64,000 bases of DNA from Strigamia acuminata. Its lineage: Eukaryota. Both the position numbers and the translations under genes were made by a program. Every line of letters begins with the position of its first letter. Within the stretch, counting starts at the first letter, position 1. The DNA lies in contig OX442314.1 in NCBI GenBank assembly GCA_949358305.1, positions 2,604,001 through 2,668,000 of the forward strand, read 5' to 3'. The notes under the pieces are model-generated. The model did not search any database and had not been told where the DNA came from. It was given only the letters and a program-made list of their open reading frames with translations. Below are positions 24,421-34,684 of the stretch, piece after piece.

Positions 24421-25573
24421 TTATAGAGTCCCATTGATATTGATAACTTCACAGCAAAATCATTATATTTTGCAACTCTTTCTTTGGTTTCTTTTGAATT
24501 TTGATTCTCGTTTTTAACTTAACTAGATAAGCTAACAAAATCTGTTTTTTAATGCAAGCCCTGTTTAATATGTCCGAGTAAGTTTCCATCTTTCTCATGA
24601 TCAGTGTTGACAAGTTCGGAATATATTTTCTTGTCTTTGACGATGATGATGTGGTGGATTCCTCGAAAATGCATGGGAAATGTGAAATTCCACTGCACGG
24701 TCCTTTTCGTACGTACGTTCACGTGTTTGCACCCAATATAGAGGAGAATTTGCAAATTTAATAACTCTTCCTTTTGCAGTTTGCAATATTTTAAAAATAT
24801 TCAAATATTTAAATGTTTAAAAATATTTTAGAATGCTGCTTGTTTACAAAACCGATTTATTCTTGTTAATTTCTTTGTATAACGGATTTGAGCTGGACCT
24901 GGGATCATCCCTTGTCGGGAACTGTGTGGGAGAAGCCGATTTTGTAGAATTTAAAAACAATAATTTGGGTTTGTTTTTATAGCGTTTTGTTTGGTTGCAA
25001 AATCAAGAAATATTTATTTATTTATTTATCTCCAACAATACAATATACAATACAAAATGCAATTTTTATTCAATTTAGAAAGTAAAACATTCTTTCTAAA
25101 AAAATTCTGGTCCAAAATATGCAGTGTTTCAACTGTGTTGCGAGATGAAATATATCAGACACTTCGTCGTCTACATTTATAATACATATATTGTCCATTA
25201 AAGCATCTTTGTGCTAAACAAGAAGAAAAAAATAGAAAAAAACTACAGGTGACCCTCAATCTACAAACATCTTATATATAAATATATAAATATATAAATA
25301 TTACTTTAATTTACTTGGTGGTGCAATTTCTGCTTTTTGCCATTTTAATGTACCCTTTTCAATTTTCACTAAGAACACAGTCGGATCAACAGTTGCTAAT
25401 TCGGCCGGTTGTGGTTTCTGTTTTAAAAAACAAAATCTTATATAATGAAATAATTGAAGGAATTTAATTGATGGGACTTTAGTGAGCAAAGTAGGCTTCA
25501 CTTTGTTCTTCATTTTAGTAGATGCGCCTATCGCCGAATCCCACGTTGGATGGTGATCACAGTGATGATGAAC

Positions 25574-25669
25574 GTGTTGTAGTAAAATATGAGATCTATG
25601 AATACGCATTTAAGATGCAATTCTTCATTTCTACCTCAAGGAGGGATTTAAAGGGATGAAGGAGGAAAT
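25574..25669 (+). repeat. Left TIR (96 bp)
   Basis: Reverse complement of 42703-42798 with one mismatch. Confidence 0.9.
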
Positions 25670-25884
25670 GGCCCGATGGTATGAAGATGGATGAATGAAA
25701 AACAAAGAAAGAAAAGACTCAGATGGATTTCAGGAGCATAAAAAAATGATGCTTACCCTTCAATTTTTAAATAAATAAATAAATAAATTATATTAATTTA
25801 TTTAATTTATAAATAAATAAATAACTAATAAATTATATTAATTTAATTAATTAAAATAAATAACTACAAGTAATTCAATTCATT

Positions 25885-26138
25885 TACAAGTAATTCATTT
25901 ATTTGTAAATATTTAATAAAAAATCTTAAATGTGTAATTCAATTAATTTACAAGTAATTCATTTATTTGTAAATATTTAATAGAAAATGCTAAATGTGTA
26001 ATTCAATTAATTTACAAGTAATTCATTTATTTGTAAATATTTAATAGAAAATGCTAAATGTGTAATTCAATTAATTTACAAGTAATTCATTTATTTGTAA
26101 ATATTTAATAGAAAATGCTAAATGTGTAATTCAATTCA
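25885..26138. repeat. Left subterminal tandem repeat, 62-bp unit, about 4 copies
   Basis: tacaagtaattcatttatttgtaaatatttaatagaaaatgctaaatgtgtaattcaattaatt iterated. Confidence 0.9.
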
Positions 26139-26262
26139 TTAATTAATTAATTAATAAATAAAAAAATTCCTAAAAGTATGTTTCATTCTTAATCAATTTT
26201 CCTTTTTTTTTAAAATTTATTTTTCTTTTATATAAAAAAGAATAATGATTTAGATTCATTCT

Positions 26263-29200
26263 GTGCTCAGAATGAATAGATACAAATTCAGAAAATGTGT
26301 CGAGTTTTTAAAAGGAAAAAGAAAAAGGGGCGATTTATCTAGGGCTTTCAAGTTTAATGTCGGTTTGGATCAACTTTTGAAGAAATGCGGCGAATATAAA
26401 GATTTTGAGAAGATTATCTCAGTTCCGTATTATCTTCATAAAGGTATCTTTAATGGACAATCGCGCGAGTACATGGTCAATTTCGATGAAAGGATTTGTG
26501 AAATAGAAGATGTGATTAAAGATGCCGCTCCAAATATCCGTGCTTTGGTGGCGGAAGTTGCAGCCGACATGAATTCGTGCAAAGTGAGTGTTATGATGCA
26601 ATTGAGATATCGGCATTCCGTGAAATTGTCGCCAGCTCTTTTTTGGTACCGGGCCGGGCCGTTCGTGATGTTAACGGATGATGTTGATCCAATTTTGGAT
26701 TTGGCTGCGAGGCAACTGGCCGAAGAAAGTGCTGAATATGTAGAAACTCACGACTACTTCTGTTTAGTATGTGTAGAGGCTCTTAAAATTGATTTTGATA
26801 TTTTAAAACAGAAAGGTGAATGGGGCAAAGATGCCATCTTCTTTCCATTGGGTTCGAATATTGATTTATCGGCCGTCATTCGCAATAAGAAAGCGGTTTT
26901 GACTTTTAAAATGGATTTGCGAAAGTCTTTTGTTTGGGCCATTCTTGCATCTTTACATCCGGTAGCTATTAATGCCGAACGCATATCTAATTACTTGAAG
27001 TATGAGCACGAATTGAACTTGCAAGGCTTAGAATTTCCGCTGCCTTACAGAAACCTAGAAAAATTCCAGTCGCAGAATCCCGATATCGAAGTAACTATTT
27101 ATTATTGCAATGGCGATCGCGTGGAAAGATACGTTACCGTTCACAGAAACAGGAAACATCACGTAGATCTATTCTTCTACGGAAAGAATAGCTACGGACT
27201 TGTGAGGGATCCAAAACGGTTGCTGGGTTATTTTCCGTGTCACTACTGCGATAACCAATTCAAGAGCTGCGTGGGAAGAGACAAACATGCGTCGATATTC
27301 CACTCCGTTCCCGAAAAATCGTCGTATCAGGAACTGGACGAATGTCTGCAGAAAAAAAAGGCCGTTGTAAATGTCCAGAACTCGGATCAAAAAAGTTTTT
27401 TATGGTCTGTATTAGCTGCCTTGTATCCAGCCCCCGTTCATGTTTGCAGAGCGGATTATTACGAACAGTTTATGAATAAACTCAATCTCGAAGGGCTAGT
27501 TTTTCCCGTGGGGCCGAAAGAAGTGCTTACGTTCGAAAGACAGAATGTAAGTTTGAACATTAATGTATTCGAGTTGCTGCCCAAGTCCCGCATTGTTCCG
27601 ATTAAAGTAGATATTCTGACGAACCGCCTTATCACTATTAACCTACTGAAGAAACAAAATCATTACATGTGGATCAGGGATTTCTCGCGACTCTTGAGCG
27701 CCGGCAATAAACATAAGCGGTATTATTGCATGAACTGTATGAACGGGTTTTCCAGTGCCATAGTGCTCGTTAGGCATAAACGATACTGCGGGAAATATAA
27801 AGCCTGCAGCACTAAATGTCCCGACGAAGGAGCTATCTGTACGTTCAAAAGTGAGAAAAAAAAATATCCTTTACCGTACGTTTGTTACGCCGATTTCGAG
27901 GCATTCTTAGTACCTGATGCGGAGAGCGAACCCACTTTACATTCGATCATCATTAATTCTCACGAGCCGTGCGGTTATTCGTTTAAAGTAGTGTGCACTG
28001 AGAACGAAGCTTATTCCAGACCGTTACAGCTGTATAGAGGTCCGGATGCCGTCGATCATTTTTTGCAATCGTTGCGTGCGGAAATTAAAGCCGTGGTTCA
28101 GCAATTTTCCGAATTGGAACATAAACAATTCAATTCCAAAACGATGACTTCGCTTCAATGGATCGCTTATAGAAATGCAACAACGTGTTACTTATGCGGT
28201 GATGAATTCTTGGAAGAATTAAAAGGCTTGACAAAAGTCTTGGATCATAACCATTTCACCGGGAAGTTTCGTGGGGCCGCACACGCTAATTGTAACCTCA
28301 ACTACCATTGGCGGAAATCTGTGCCTATAATTTTCCATAATGGAAAAAAGTATGATTTTCATCTAATATTGCCGCATTTGACCGTCGCGTCAGAAAAAGT
28401 GACGATGATCGCCGAAAACTCGGAATTATACAAATCGTTCACGTTGAAAATCAAGACCGGTGATGATCCAAAACAGGTCGTAACGTTAAAATTCATGGAT
28501 AGTTTCCAATTTCTCGCGAGCAGTTTATCCAATTTGGCAAAAAATCTAGAGAAGTCGCAGTTCGCTGTCTTTCGAAGCGAGTTTAAAGGCGAGGAAATTG
28601 ATCTTCTGTTGAGGAAAGGAGTGTACCCTTACAGATATATGACCGGTTGGTCAAAATTTCAAGAAGATAAACTTCCGCCGAAAGAAGAATTTGAGAACAT
28701 AACCGACGACGAATACCAATATGCCCAGTTAGTTTGGAAAACGTTCGGAATTAAAAACATGGGCGAATATCACGATTTGTATCTGAAGACCGACACTCTG
28801 TTGTTGGCGGATATATTCGAACAGTTCAGAAAAATGTGTTTAAATCATTACAAGCTAGACCCCTGTCATTACATCACGTTTCCAAGTCTTTCTTGGGACG
28901 CTGCGCTGCTCATCACCGAAGTTAAATTGGAGCTTCTGTCTGATCCAGATATGTACATGTTTGTCGAACAAGGAATAAGAGGCGGTGTTGCCACTATCAG
29001 TCAACGCTACGCCAAAGCCAATAATCCTCTTCTGGCATCGGGATACGATTGCGAGAAACCAGAGAGTTACATCGTCTATTTGGATGCGAATTCCATGTAT
29101 TCCTGGGCAATGAGCAAACCGCTACCAGTTGGCAAGTTTGCCTTCGACGATAATGTAGCCGAATGGTCACAAGAACGGATTTTAAAAATGGGAGAGAACG

Positions 29201-30288
29201 ATACGATGGGATGCATCTTGGAAGTGGATTTGGGATATCCGCAAGAACTGCATTCGTCCCACAATTGTTTGCCTTTGGCTCCGGAAATGATACGTTCTGG
29301 GGATGACACTTCTCCCAGATTAATCCCGCATTTGCAAGCTCGTTGTAATTACATTCTGCATTACAGAGCTCTGCAATTGTACTTGTCCCTGGGCATGACG
29401 TTGATGAAAATAAAAAGAGTGCTGACGTTTGAGCAAAAACCGTGGCTGGCCAAGTATATCAAATTGAATATTGAGAAACGGAAGTCAGCTACCAGTGATT
29501 TTGAGCAGGAATTGGCGAAATTAGCTAACAATTCGGTCTTTGGAAAAACCTTGCAGGACGTGAGGAAATATAGACAATTTTATCTGGTAAACAATGCAAA
29601 AGACTTGAATACTCACGTCAACCACGTCGGTTTCAAAGGAAAAAAAAAATTAAACAAAAAACTGGTGTTGGTTGAACGGCGAAAGCTGGAATTGACGTTA
29701 GACAAACCTATTTACAGCGGTTTAACTATCCTGGACTTGTCTAAATGCTTGCTCTACGACTTTCATTACAACGTCATGAAAAAAAAATTCTCAGACAAGC
29801 TGAGATTGCTGATGACAGATACGGATAGTTTGATGTACGAAATAGAAGCTCCGTCAGTCTACTCGTTCTTCAGAGAAGAAATACCACAAGTGATGGATCT
29901 GTCTAATTACCACCCACCCGATGGCAGAAACAGGCGTGTCATAGGATGCTTCAAAGACGAGACTGCCGGCGAGCCGATAGAAGAGTTTGTAGGGCTAAGA
30001 GCCAAATGTTACGCTTATAACGTGAACGGGAAAACGAACATGCGATGTAAAGGCATAAAGAAGGCTGTCGTGGAGCAAGAGCTGGACTTGGAGGCGTACA
30101 AGAAGATATTGTTCGGTGAACGGGAGGCCCACAGATTGAAATTTGAAACGATCAAATCAAAACTGCACGATCTCACAACGGTCAAGGTGGACAAATTGGC
30201 ATTGTCGGCGAAAGACAAGAAACGAGTGATATTAGATGATTGTATTCATACTTTGGCTTATGGATACGTAAGCTTGGCGGAGGATTAA
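26263..30288 (+). CDS. pPolB: Protein-primed family B DNA polymerase with duplicated vOTU-like/zinc-finger module and EndoVII-like insert (first ATG 26272)
   Basis: YADFE, FHNGKKYD, DSFQFL, YLKTD, YLDANSMY, KLANNSVFGK, TDTDS; TATA-like tatataaaaa near 26230. Confidence 0.97.
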   Translation: MLRMNRYKFRKCVEFLKGKRKRGDLSRAFKFNVGLDQLLKKCGEYKDFEKIISVPYYLHKGIFNGQSREYMVNFDERICEIEDVIKDAAPNIRALVAEVAADMNSCKVSVMMQLRYRHSVKLSPALFWYRAGPFVMLTDDVDPILDLAARQLAEESAEYVETHDYFCLVCVEALKIDFDILKQKGEWGKDAIFFPLGSNIDLSAVIRNKKAVLTFKMDLRKSFVWAILASLHPVAINAERISNYLKYEHELNLQGLEFPLPYRNLEKFQSQNPDIEVTIYYCNGDRVERYVTVHRNRKHHVDLFFYGKNSYGLVRDPKRLLGYFPCHYCDNQFKSCVGRDKHASIFHSVPEKSSYQELDECLQKKKAVVNVQNSDQKSFLWSVLAALYPAPVHVCRADYYEQFMNKLNLEGLVFPVGPKEVLTFERQNVSLNINVFELLPKSRIVPIKVDILTNRLITINLLKKQNHYMWIRDFSRLLSAGNKHKRYYCMNCMNGFSSAIVLVRHKRYCGKYKACSTKCPDEGAICTFKSEKKKYPLPYVCYADFEAFLVPDAESEPTLHSIIINSHEPCGYSFKVVCTENEAYSRPLQLYRGPDAVDHFLQSLRAEIKAVVQQFSELEHKQFNSKTMTSLQWIAYRNATTCYLCGDEFLEELKGLTKVLDHNHFTGKFRGAAHANCNLNYHWRKSVPIIFHNGKKYDFHLILPHLTVASEKVTMIAENSELYKSFTLKIKTGDDPKQVVTLKFMDSFQFLASSLSNLAKNLEKSQFAVFRSEFKGEEIDLLLRKGVYPYRYMTGWSKFQEDKLPPKEEFENITDDEYQYAQLVWKTFGIKNMGEYHDLYLKTDTLLLADIFEQFRKMCLNHYKLDPCHYITFPSLSWDAALLITEVKLELLSDPDMYMFVEQGIRGGVATISQRYAKANNPLLASGYDCEKPESYIVYLDANSMYSWAMSKPLPVGKFAFDDNVAEWSQERILKMGENDTMGCILEVDLGYPQELHSSHNCLPLAPEMIRSGDDTSPRLIPHLQARCNYILHYRALQLYLSLGMTLMKIKRVLTFEQKPWLAKYIKLNIEKRKSATSDFEQELAKLANNSVFGKTLQDVRKYRQFYLVNNAKDLNTHVNHVGFKGKKKLNKKLVLVERRKLELTLDKPIYSGLTILDLSKCLLYDFHYNVMKKKFSDKLRLLMTDTDSLMYEIEAPSVYSFFREEIPQVMDLSNYHPPDGRNRRVIGCFKDETAGEPIEEFVGLRAKCYAYNVNGKTNMRCKGIKKAVVEQELDLEAYKKILFGEREAHRLKFETIKSKLHDLTTVKVDKLALSAKDKKRVILDDCIHTLAYGYVSLAED

Positions 30289-30304
30289 TATGACGATGGT
30301 TAGT

Positions 30305-31945
30305 TTAATCGTCCCATTTACTACGATCGAATCTGCAATACACGAGGGCGTAAACTTTTATTTCCGGACTCCAATCGGTGACAGTAGATATTCTAATGTG
30401 ATCGTTATCATCAAAATCTACTTTTTTCTCTAAATTGTACGTTCTAAAACATACCGGCATTTTACGTGGTGTTTTTGTAACATCTGTACGTGGAATATGG
30501 AACGTTCGACCATGCCCGTTAATAGACAAGATAAACTCAAACTCGTTAGGTATTACTGTGTATTCTGCTGTAGTAGCATACATGAATAAACTGATTCGCG
30601 TTATATGCCCGTAATGAGGAGTATAAAACTTCCCATTATGTGCAAATAATTTCCATTCTTCGGACACCTTCAAAAACCAATCGGTCCGTTGCGAATGTAG
30701 GAACCCTAGCACTAAATCGGCCTGTTCTTCTACTTCGGGAATATTTAGATTTGATATTTTGTCTTCTAATTCCGTCAATTTCTTATTAACTTCTATTTTG
30801 TTCGCTTCGATGTTAGAATTTAACGTGGCTTCTACCGTATCGACAGTGCCGGCCAAAGCAGCGGGAGCAAAACTTGATTCGTCAACGCTCGGAATTGCGC
30901 TAATTTTTGATATTTCTTCTTGAACGGATGTCAAAATGGACAACATGTTTTCCTGCAACGTTATTATTTGTTCGTTGGCTAATTTGATTTTATCGGTAAC
31001 CTCGTTGACGCTCGTTTGCATTTTATCTGACTTTACGGAATTTTCGTCTACGTACTCGTTTAATTTAAGTTTAGTCTCGTCCAGATCTTTTTGAATGGCA
31101 GTACTGACTGTGTCTAGCTCCGCTTTCGCCGCTTCAATTTTGGTTTTTAAGTCTTCCGTACTTTCGCTACTAACACCAAATTTTGCGGGTAAAGCTTTGA
31201 TTTTGGTTTCCAAGGCTTTAACCTCATTTTCCACACTTTTTTCTAACTTTTTTATATCATCCTGTGCTTGTTTTATCTTGTCATTTGATGCCTCGATGTT
31301 GGTTCTGATTTTGTCCACGTCTAAGTTCTGGATTTTGGTTTCTACTTCATCCAATGCTTCGTTTATTTTTGTATCATAATCGGTTTTATTCTGGATTAAG
31401 CTATTAGTCAACGTCTCCAACCCAGTCTTTAAATCTTCGATCGCAGATTCCAACTCGGATTTAACGTCATTTATCAAGTCTTTGATTTTGATTTCTAATG
31501 CGCTTATTTGTTTTTCGTCAACTTCTACACCACCGGAAGCAGTCGCATTATCTACTAATATCTTAATGTTCGCTTCTAATTCTTTAATTTTCTTAATCAA
31601 ATCTTGTTCCAACGTTCCATATTTTATAGTAGCATAGGCAATATCATTTTTGAGTTTATCAATATCCTTCGTATCAATTCCTTCGCCTTGCCCCGTTAGC
31701 TTACTAGCTTGATCTTGTACGGTACGTTTTAATGCGTTCAAATCGTTAATTATAGAATCGCAAGCAGCTTTCAGGGCATTTTTAGTCTTTGTGATCTCGT
31801 CAAAAATTTTTTTTTCTAGATCGGATAATGCATCGTAACCAACGTGATCTGCGAGAACCTCATCTACTTCTCGACGTTGACGTTTGCCCAATTTATGCAC
31901 TGCGTTAAGACGATAATCGTCTCCTAGTTTATTTACGCTTACCAT
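30305..31945 (-). CDS. Coiled-coil protein with globular C-terminus, putative fibre/spike
   Basis: About 400 aa heptad-rich stalk plus about 130 aa aromatic, beta-like head; last gene of the structural cassette. Confidence 0.55.
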   Translation of the reverse strand: MVSVNKLGDDYRLNAVHKLGKRQRREVDEVLADHVGYDALSDLEKKIFDEITKTKNALKAACDSIINDLNALKRTVQDQASKLTGQGEGIDTKDIDKLKNDIAYATIKYGTLEQDLIKKIKELEANIKILVDNATASGGVEVDEKQISALEIKIKDLINDVKSELESAIEDLKTGLETLTNSLIQNKTDYDTKINEALDEVETKIQNLDVDKIRTNIEASNDKIKQAQDDIKKLEKSVENEVKALETKIKALPAKFGVSSESTEDLKTKIEAAKAELDTVSTAIQKDLDETKLKLNEYVDENSVKSDKMQTSVNEVTDKIKLANEQIITLQENMLSILTSVQEEISKISAIPSVDESSFAPAALAGTVDTVEATLNSNIEANKIEVNKKLTELEDKISNLNIPEVEEQADLVLGFLHSQRTDWFLKVSEEWKLFAHNGKFYTPHYGHITRISLFMYATTAEYTVIPNEFEFILSINGHGRTFHIPRTDVTKTPRKMPVCFRTYNLEKKVDFDDNDHIRISTVTDWSPEIKVYALVYCRFDRSKWDD

Positions 31946-31979
31946 TTTTTTAATAGAAGGGAAAAAAACTATTTTTTAA

Positions 31980-32339
31980 TTATTTTTTTTCTTCTTTCCT
32001 CCATTTTTTTAAAACATATAAGCACAAATGGCCGCAAGTAATTTCGTCAAAATTTTGATACTGATTGTAATTGTATTTTATGTTGTCTCCCAGATAATCG
32101 TATAATTCCAACGGGGGTGGCAAGTCTCCGAAACTATCGAAGTACAGCTTCTTATTTCCAATTTTACTGTATGCCACCCAATGACTTCCGCTTTCGTGGT
32201 GCGTGTTCAAATTAACAATTCCACATTCTTTCGATCGTGGTTTGACGGGTAAAGTATCTCTCGAAAACACTCCTCTAAAAAATGAAATTTTCATTCGTCT
32301 GGCCAGTTCCTCCAACTGCAACGAATCTAGCGGTTTTAT
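31980..32339 (-). CDS. Adenain-like cysteine protease 1 (no ATG at the expected start)
   Basis: FRGVFSRD, VNLN..GSHWV, YFDSFG, Q..CGHLC; frame extends upstream as IKPLDSLQLEE. Confidence 0.9.
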   Translation of the reverse strand: MKPLDSLQLEELARRMKISFFRGVFSRDTLPVKPRSKECGIVNLNTHHESGSHWVAYSKIGNKKLYFDSFGDLPPPLELYDYLGDNIKYNYNQYQNFDEITCGHLCLYVLKKWRKEEKK

Positions 32340-32803
32340 TTTTTTGTCACCAGTGAGCCGTAAGGTTTCAAGTAAAAACCTTTTCCAGACTTGCGTTTCC
32401 GCGATTTTTTTTTTGCGAATTGCATTCCTTTACCTTCTGAAACTGCATTATGACGTTTTGTCTCATCGAGCATTCTCTTGTTGGTTTTTGCCTCATCGAC
32501 AGCTTTGGCAATTCCTGCCGCACCGCCAGCGAGACCGCCTAAAGCCCCCAATAGTGGAAGTAATAAAGGGAAAAATCCGCCAGATTGTTTAATTTGATTC
32601 GAAGGTATACTCAAAGTCATGCCTTTCTTTTTAGAACCGGCTTTTTTGATCTTGTTTATTTGTCTATCCGTAAGAGACAAGCCATGATTGCCGTTTAATT
32701 GTTCGTATTTCAATCTTAAATGCAAGGGTATCTTTTTTTTGACAGACTTGGATATTTTTCGTTGTTGATTCGGAGATAGATTCACTTTATGTATCTTATA
32801 CAT
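32336..32803 (-). CDS. Basic core protein with Gly-rich hydrophobic, possibly membrane-active segment
   Basis: Lys-rich; QSGGFFPLLLPLLGALGGLAGGAAGIAKAV..ETKRHN as seen in Polinton core proteins. Confidence 0.75.
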   Translation of the reverse strand: MYKIHKVNLSPNQQRKISKSVKKKIPLHLRLKYEQLNGNHGLSLTDRQINKIKKAGSKKKGMTLSIPSNQIKQSGGFFPLLLPLLGALGGLAGGAAGIAKAVDEAKTNKRMLDETKRHNAVSEGKGMQFAKKKSRKRKSGKGFYLKPYGSLVTKK

Positions 32804-32809
32804 TTTTAT

Positions 32810-32970
32810 TTCTTTTTTTATATACGTATATATTATTTTATATATATTTATTTATATATATTATATATTATATATTATATATATTATATATATATTATAT
32901 ATATATATATATTATATATATATTATATATTATATATATTTATATATATTTTATATACGTATATATTATT
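32810..32970. repeat. Degenerate (TA)n microsatellite
   Basis: Almost pure A/T alternation. Confidence 0.9.
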
Positions 32971-32977
32971 TTAAAAT

Positions 32978-34297
32978 CTAATATAATACTTCGATTTTAC
33001 CCTTGTCTAATTTCATAGTCATTAGTCTATCGCTTATTATCAAAGCGTAGGCTTTAGTGTCGGCAGGAACGGTTTCCGCAAATTTCATTTTTATTTGCAC
33101 GTCCATTATTCCGGTTTTCATTCTTTCGCTTTGTTTCGTGCAATCTATTACGATGAGCGGGTATATATTTCCGTACTCGTAAGTATTAAACGGTAAATCG
33201 TCGGCACCGTAATAGTCTTTTCTAAATTGAATGCAACTTTCTAAGAATTTACAGAAATTGGCTTTCTTAAAATCATTGTTACTGTCCAGATAAGGATATC
33301 GTTCCGAATTTAAGTAGGCATGAACTTCCGTTACATTGCAGTTATCAAATGTGGCTGGATTTTTTAATTGGTCGTCTCTTTTATTCGTTTGTAAAGCCAC
33401 GATGATGTAACGTGGTTTTTCTGACGTGCTGGTTGTTACCACTCTCCACGCGTGTTCCTTACTTTGTGGCACGTCTGTCATTTCGAACGACCAATGTCGA
33501 AAAGCTAATGGAACGTTCACCCCTCTATCTATGGCAGTGAGTAATCTATTCTTTTGGATATCGGACGGTAAGACGTGCGGCATCAACCAATATAACTGTT
33601 CGATGATAATTTTTCCAACGGGGGTGTTTACTTTTGGGGCGGGACCGGACTGTATCGCTTTAAAAATGGCATCGTTGTCGTGAGTTCGCATTAAGGTCAA
33701 AACTTGTTTGGCACCATATATGATTTTCGTATAGTCTTCGAAAAATCCCATTAAATGTGTTAACGGTACTAACAAAGAGAACGATCCTTTGGGCGTTGGC
33801 ATTATGTTGTAAAATATTCTACGTTCTAGAAAAGCGGGATTAAGAGTATCCGATGCTTCGCCCTTGTGATGATCTACTATCCATCCCATATTTCCGCTCG
33901 AATTTTGGAGCTGTTTGTACGTTAGTAAGCCCTTAATAGTGGTAGCATAACCCGGATAATTTATTTCGTCTATTAATTTATCACCTATGTGATATTTCAT
34001 GTTGCTGAACAAAAATGGCATAAAGTTATTTCCTAACGTTATTATATGGTCTTGTTCATCAGCTTGAGCGATAAGGTCTGTACCATCCGCTTTCACTAAT
34101 CTTCCTGTTATGCAGACGTAACTTTTATGAGGGTGAGTCCATACATCTTCGTTTTGAATGATTAATCGAATTTCGGAATTCACATTATTTAAATTAGTTC
34201 CTATAATAGGATAATATTCGTGGTAGTTGTAGGCATTAACAGATTCATCGACGACGAATGGTTGTTCGACATCCAAATAATTCTCGGAGACTTGCAT
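32978..34297 (-). CDS. Double jelly-roll major capsid protein
   Basis: 439 aa; THPHKSY, LMGFFEDYTKII, EKPRYIIVALQT, LNSERYPY, PLIVIDCTKQ. Confidence 0.92.
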   Translation of the reverse strand: MQVSENYLDVEQPFVVDESVNAYNYHEYYPIIGTNLNNVNSEIRLIIQNEDVWTHPHKSYVCITGRLVKADGTDLIAQADEQDHIITLGNNFMPFLFSNMKYHIGDKLIDEINYPGYATTIKGLLTYKQLQNSSGNMGWIVDHHKGEASDTLNPAFLERRIFYNIMPTPKGSFSLLVPLTHLMGFFEDYTKIIYGAKQVLTLMRTHDNDAIFKAIQSGPAPKVNTPVGKIIIEQLYWLMPHVLPSDIQKNRLLTAIDRGVNVPLAFRHWSFEMTDVPQSKEHAWRVVTTSTSEKPRYIIVALQTNKRDDQLKNPATFDNCNVTEVHAYLNSERYPYLDSNNDFKKANFCKFLESCIQFRKDYYGADDLPFNTYEYGNIYPLIVIDCTKQSERMKTGIMDVQIKMKFAETVPADTKAYALIISDRLMTMKLDKGKIEVLY

Positions 34298-34309
34298 CGT
34301 CGCTATTTT

Positions 34310-34512
34310 TTAATTACTTAATATATATATATTTTTTAAAAAGAATTACTTAATTAATTACTTAATATATATATTTTTTTAAAAAGAATTACTTAATTAA
34401 TTACTTAATATATATATATTTTTTAAAAGAGAATTACTTAATTAATTACTTAATATATATTTTTTTTAAAAAGAATTACGGTATTTAATTAATTACTTAA
34501 TATATATTTTTT
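34310..34512. repeat. About 42-bp AT-rich tandem repeat upstream of the MCP gene
   Basis: taattaattacttaatatatatattttttaaaaagaattac, about 5 copies. Confidence 0.88.
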
Positions 34513-34674
34513 TTAAAAAGAATTTATATATTCTCGATTATCTGGCCGTATCGAAGACTTTATAATTTTTATATTTCCACCTCTAATCGACGAGGGTGTC
34601 TTGACAGTGGCAGTGTTGGAGCTGGTGCTGGGGGTATTACTTGCCGTTACGTTCTTATTAAAAATTAACGGCAT
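34513..34674 (-). CDS. Small 53-aa ORF between penton and MCP (not in ORF track)
   Basis: aaaaacATG context; MPLIFNKN...SIRGGNIKIIKSSIRPDNREYINSF*; begins 10 nt after the penton stop. Confidence 0.55.
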   Translation of the reverse strand: MPLIFNKNVTASNTPSTSSNTATVKTPSSIRGGNIKIIKSSIRPDNREYINSF

Positions 34675-34684
34675 GTTTTTTTAA

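Noticed and set aside
32789..32974. Ile/Tyr-rich ORF
   Set aside because: Translation of a TA microsatellite
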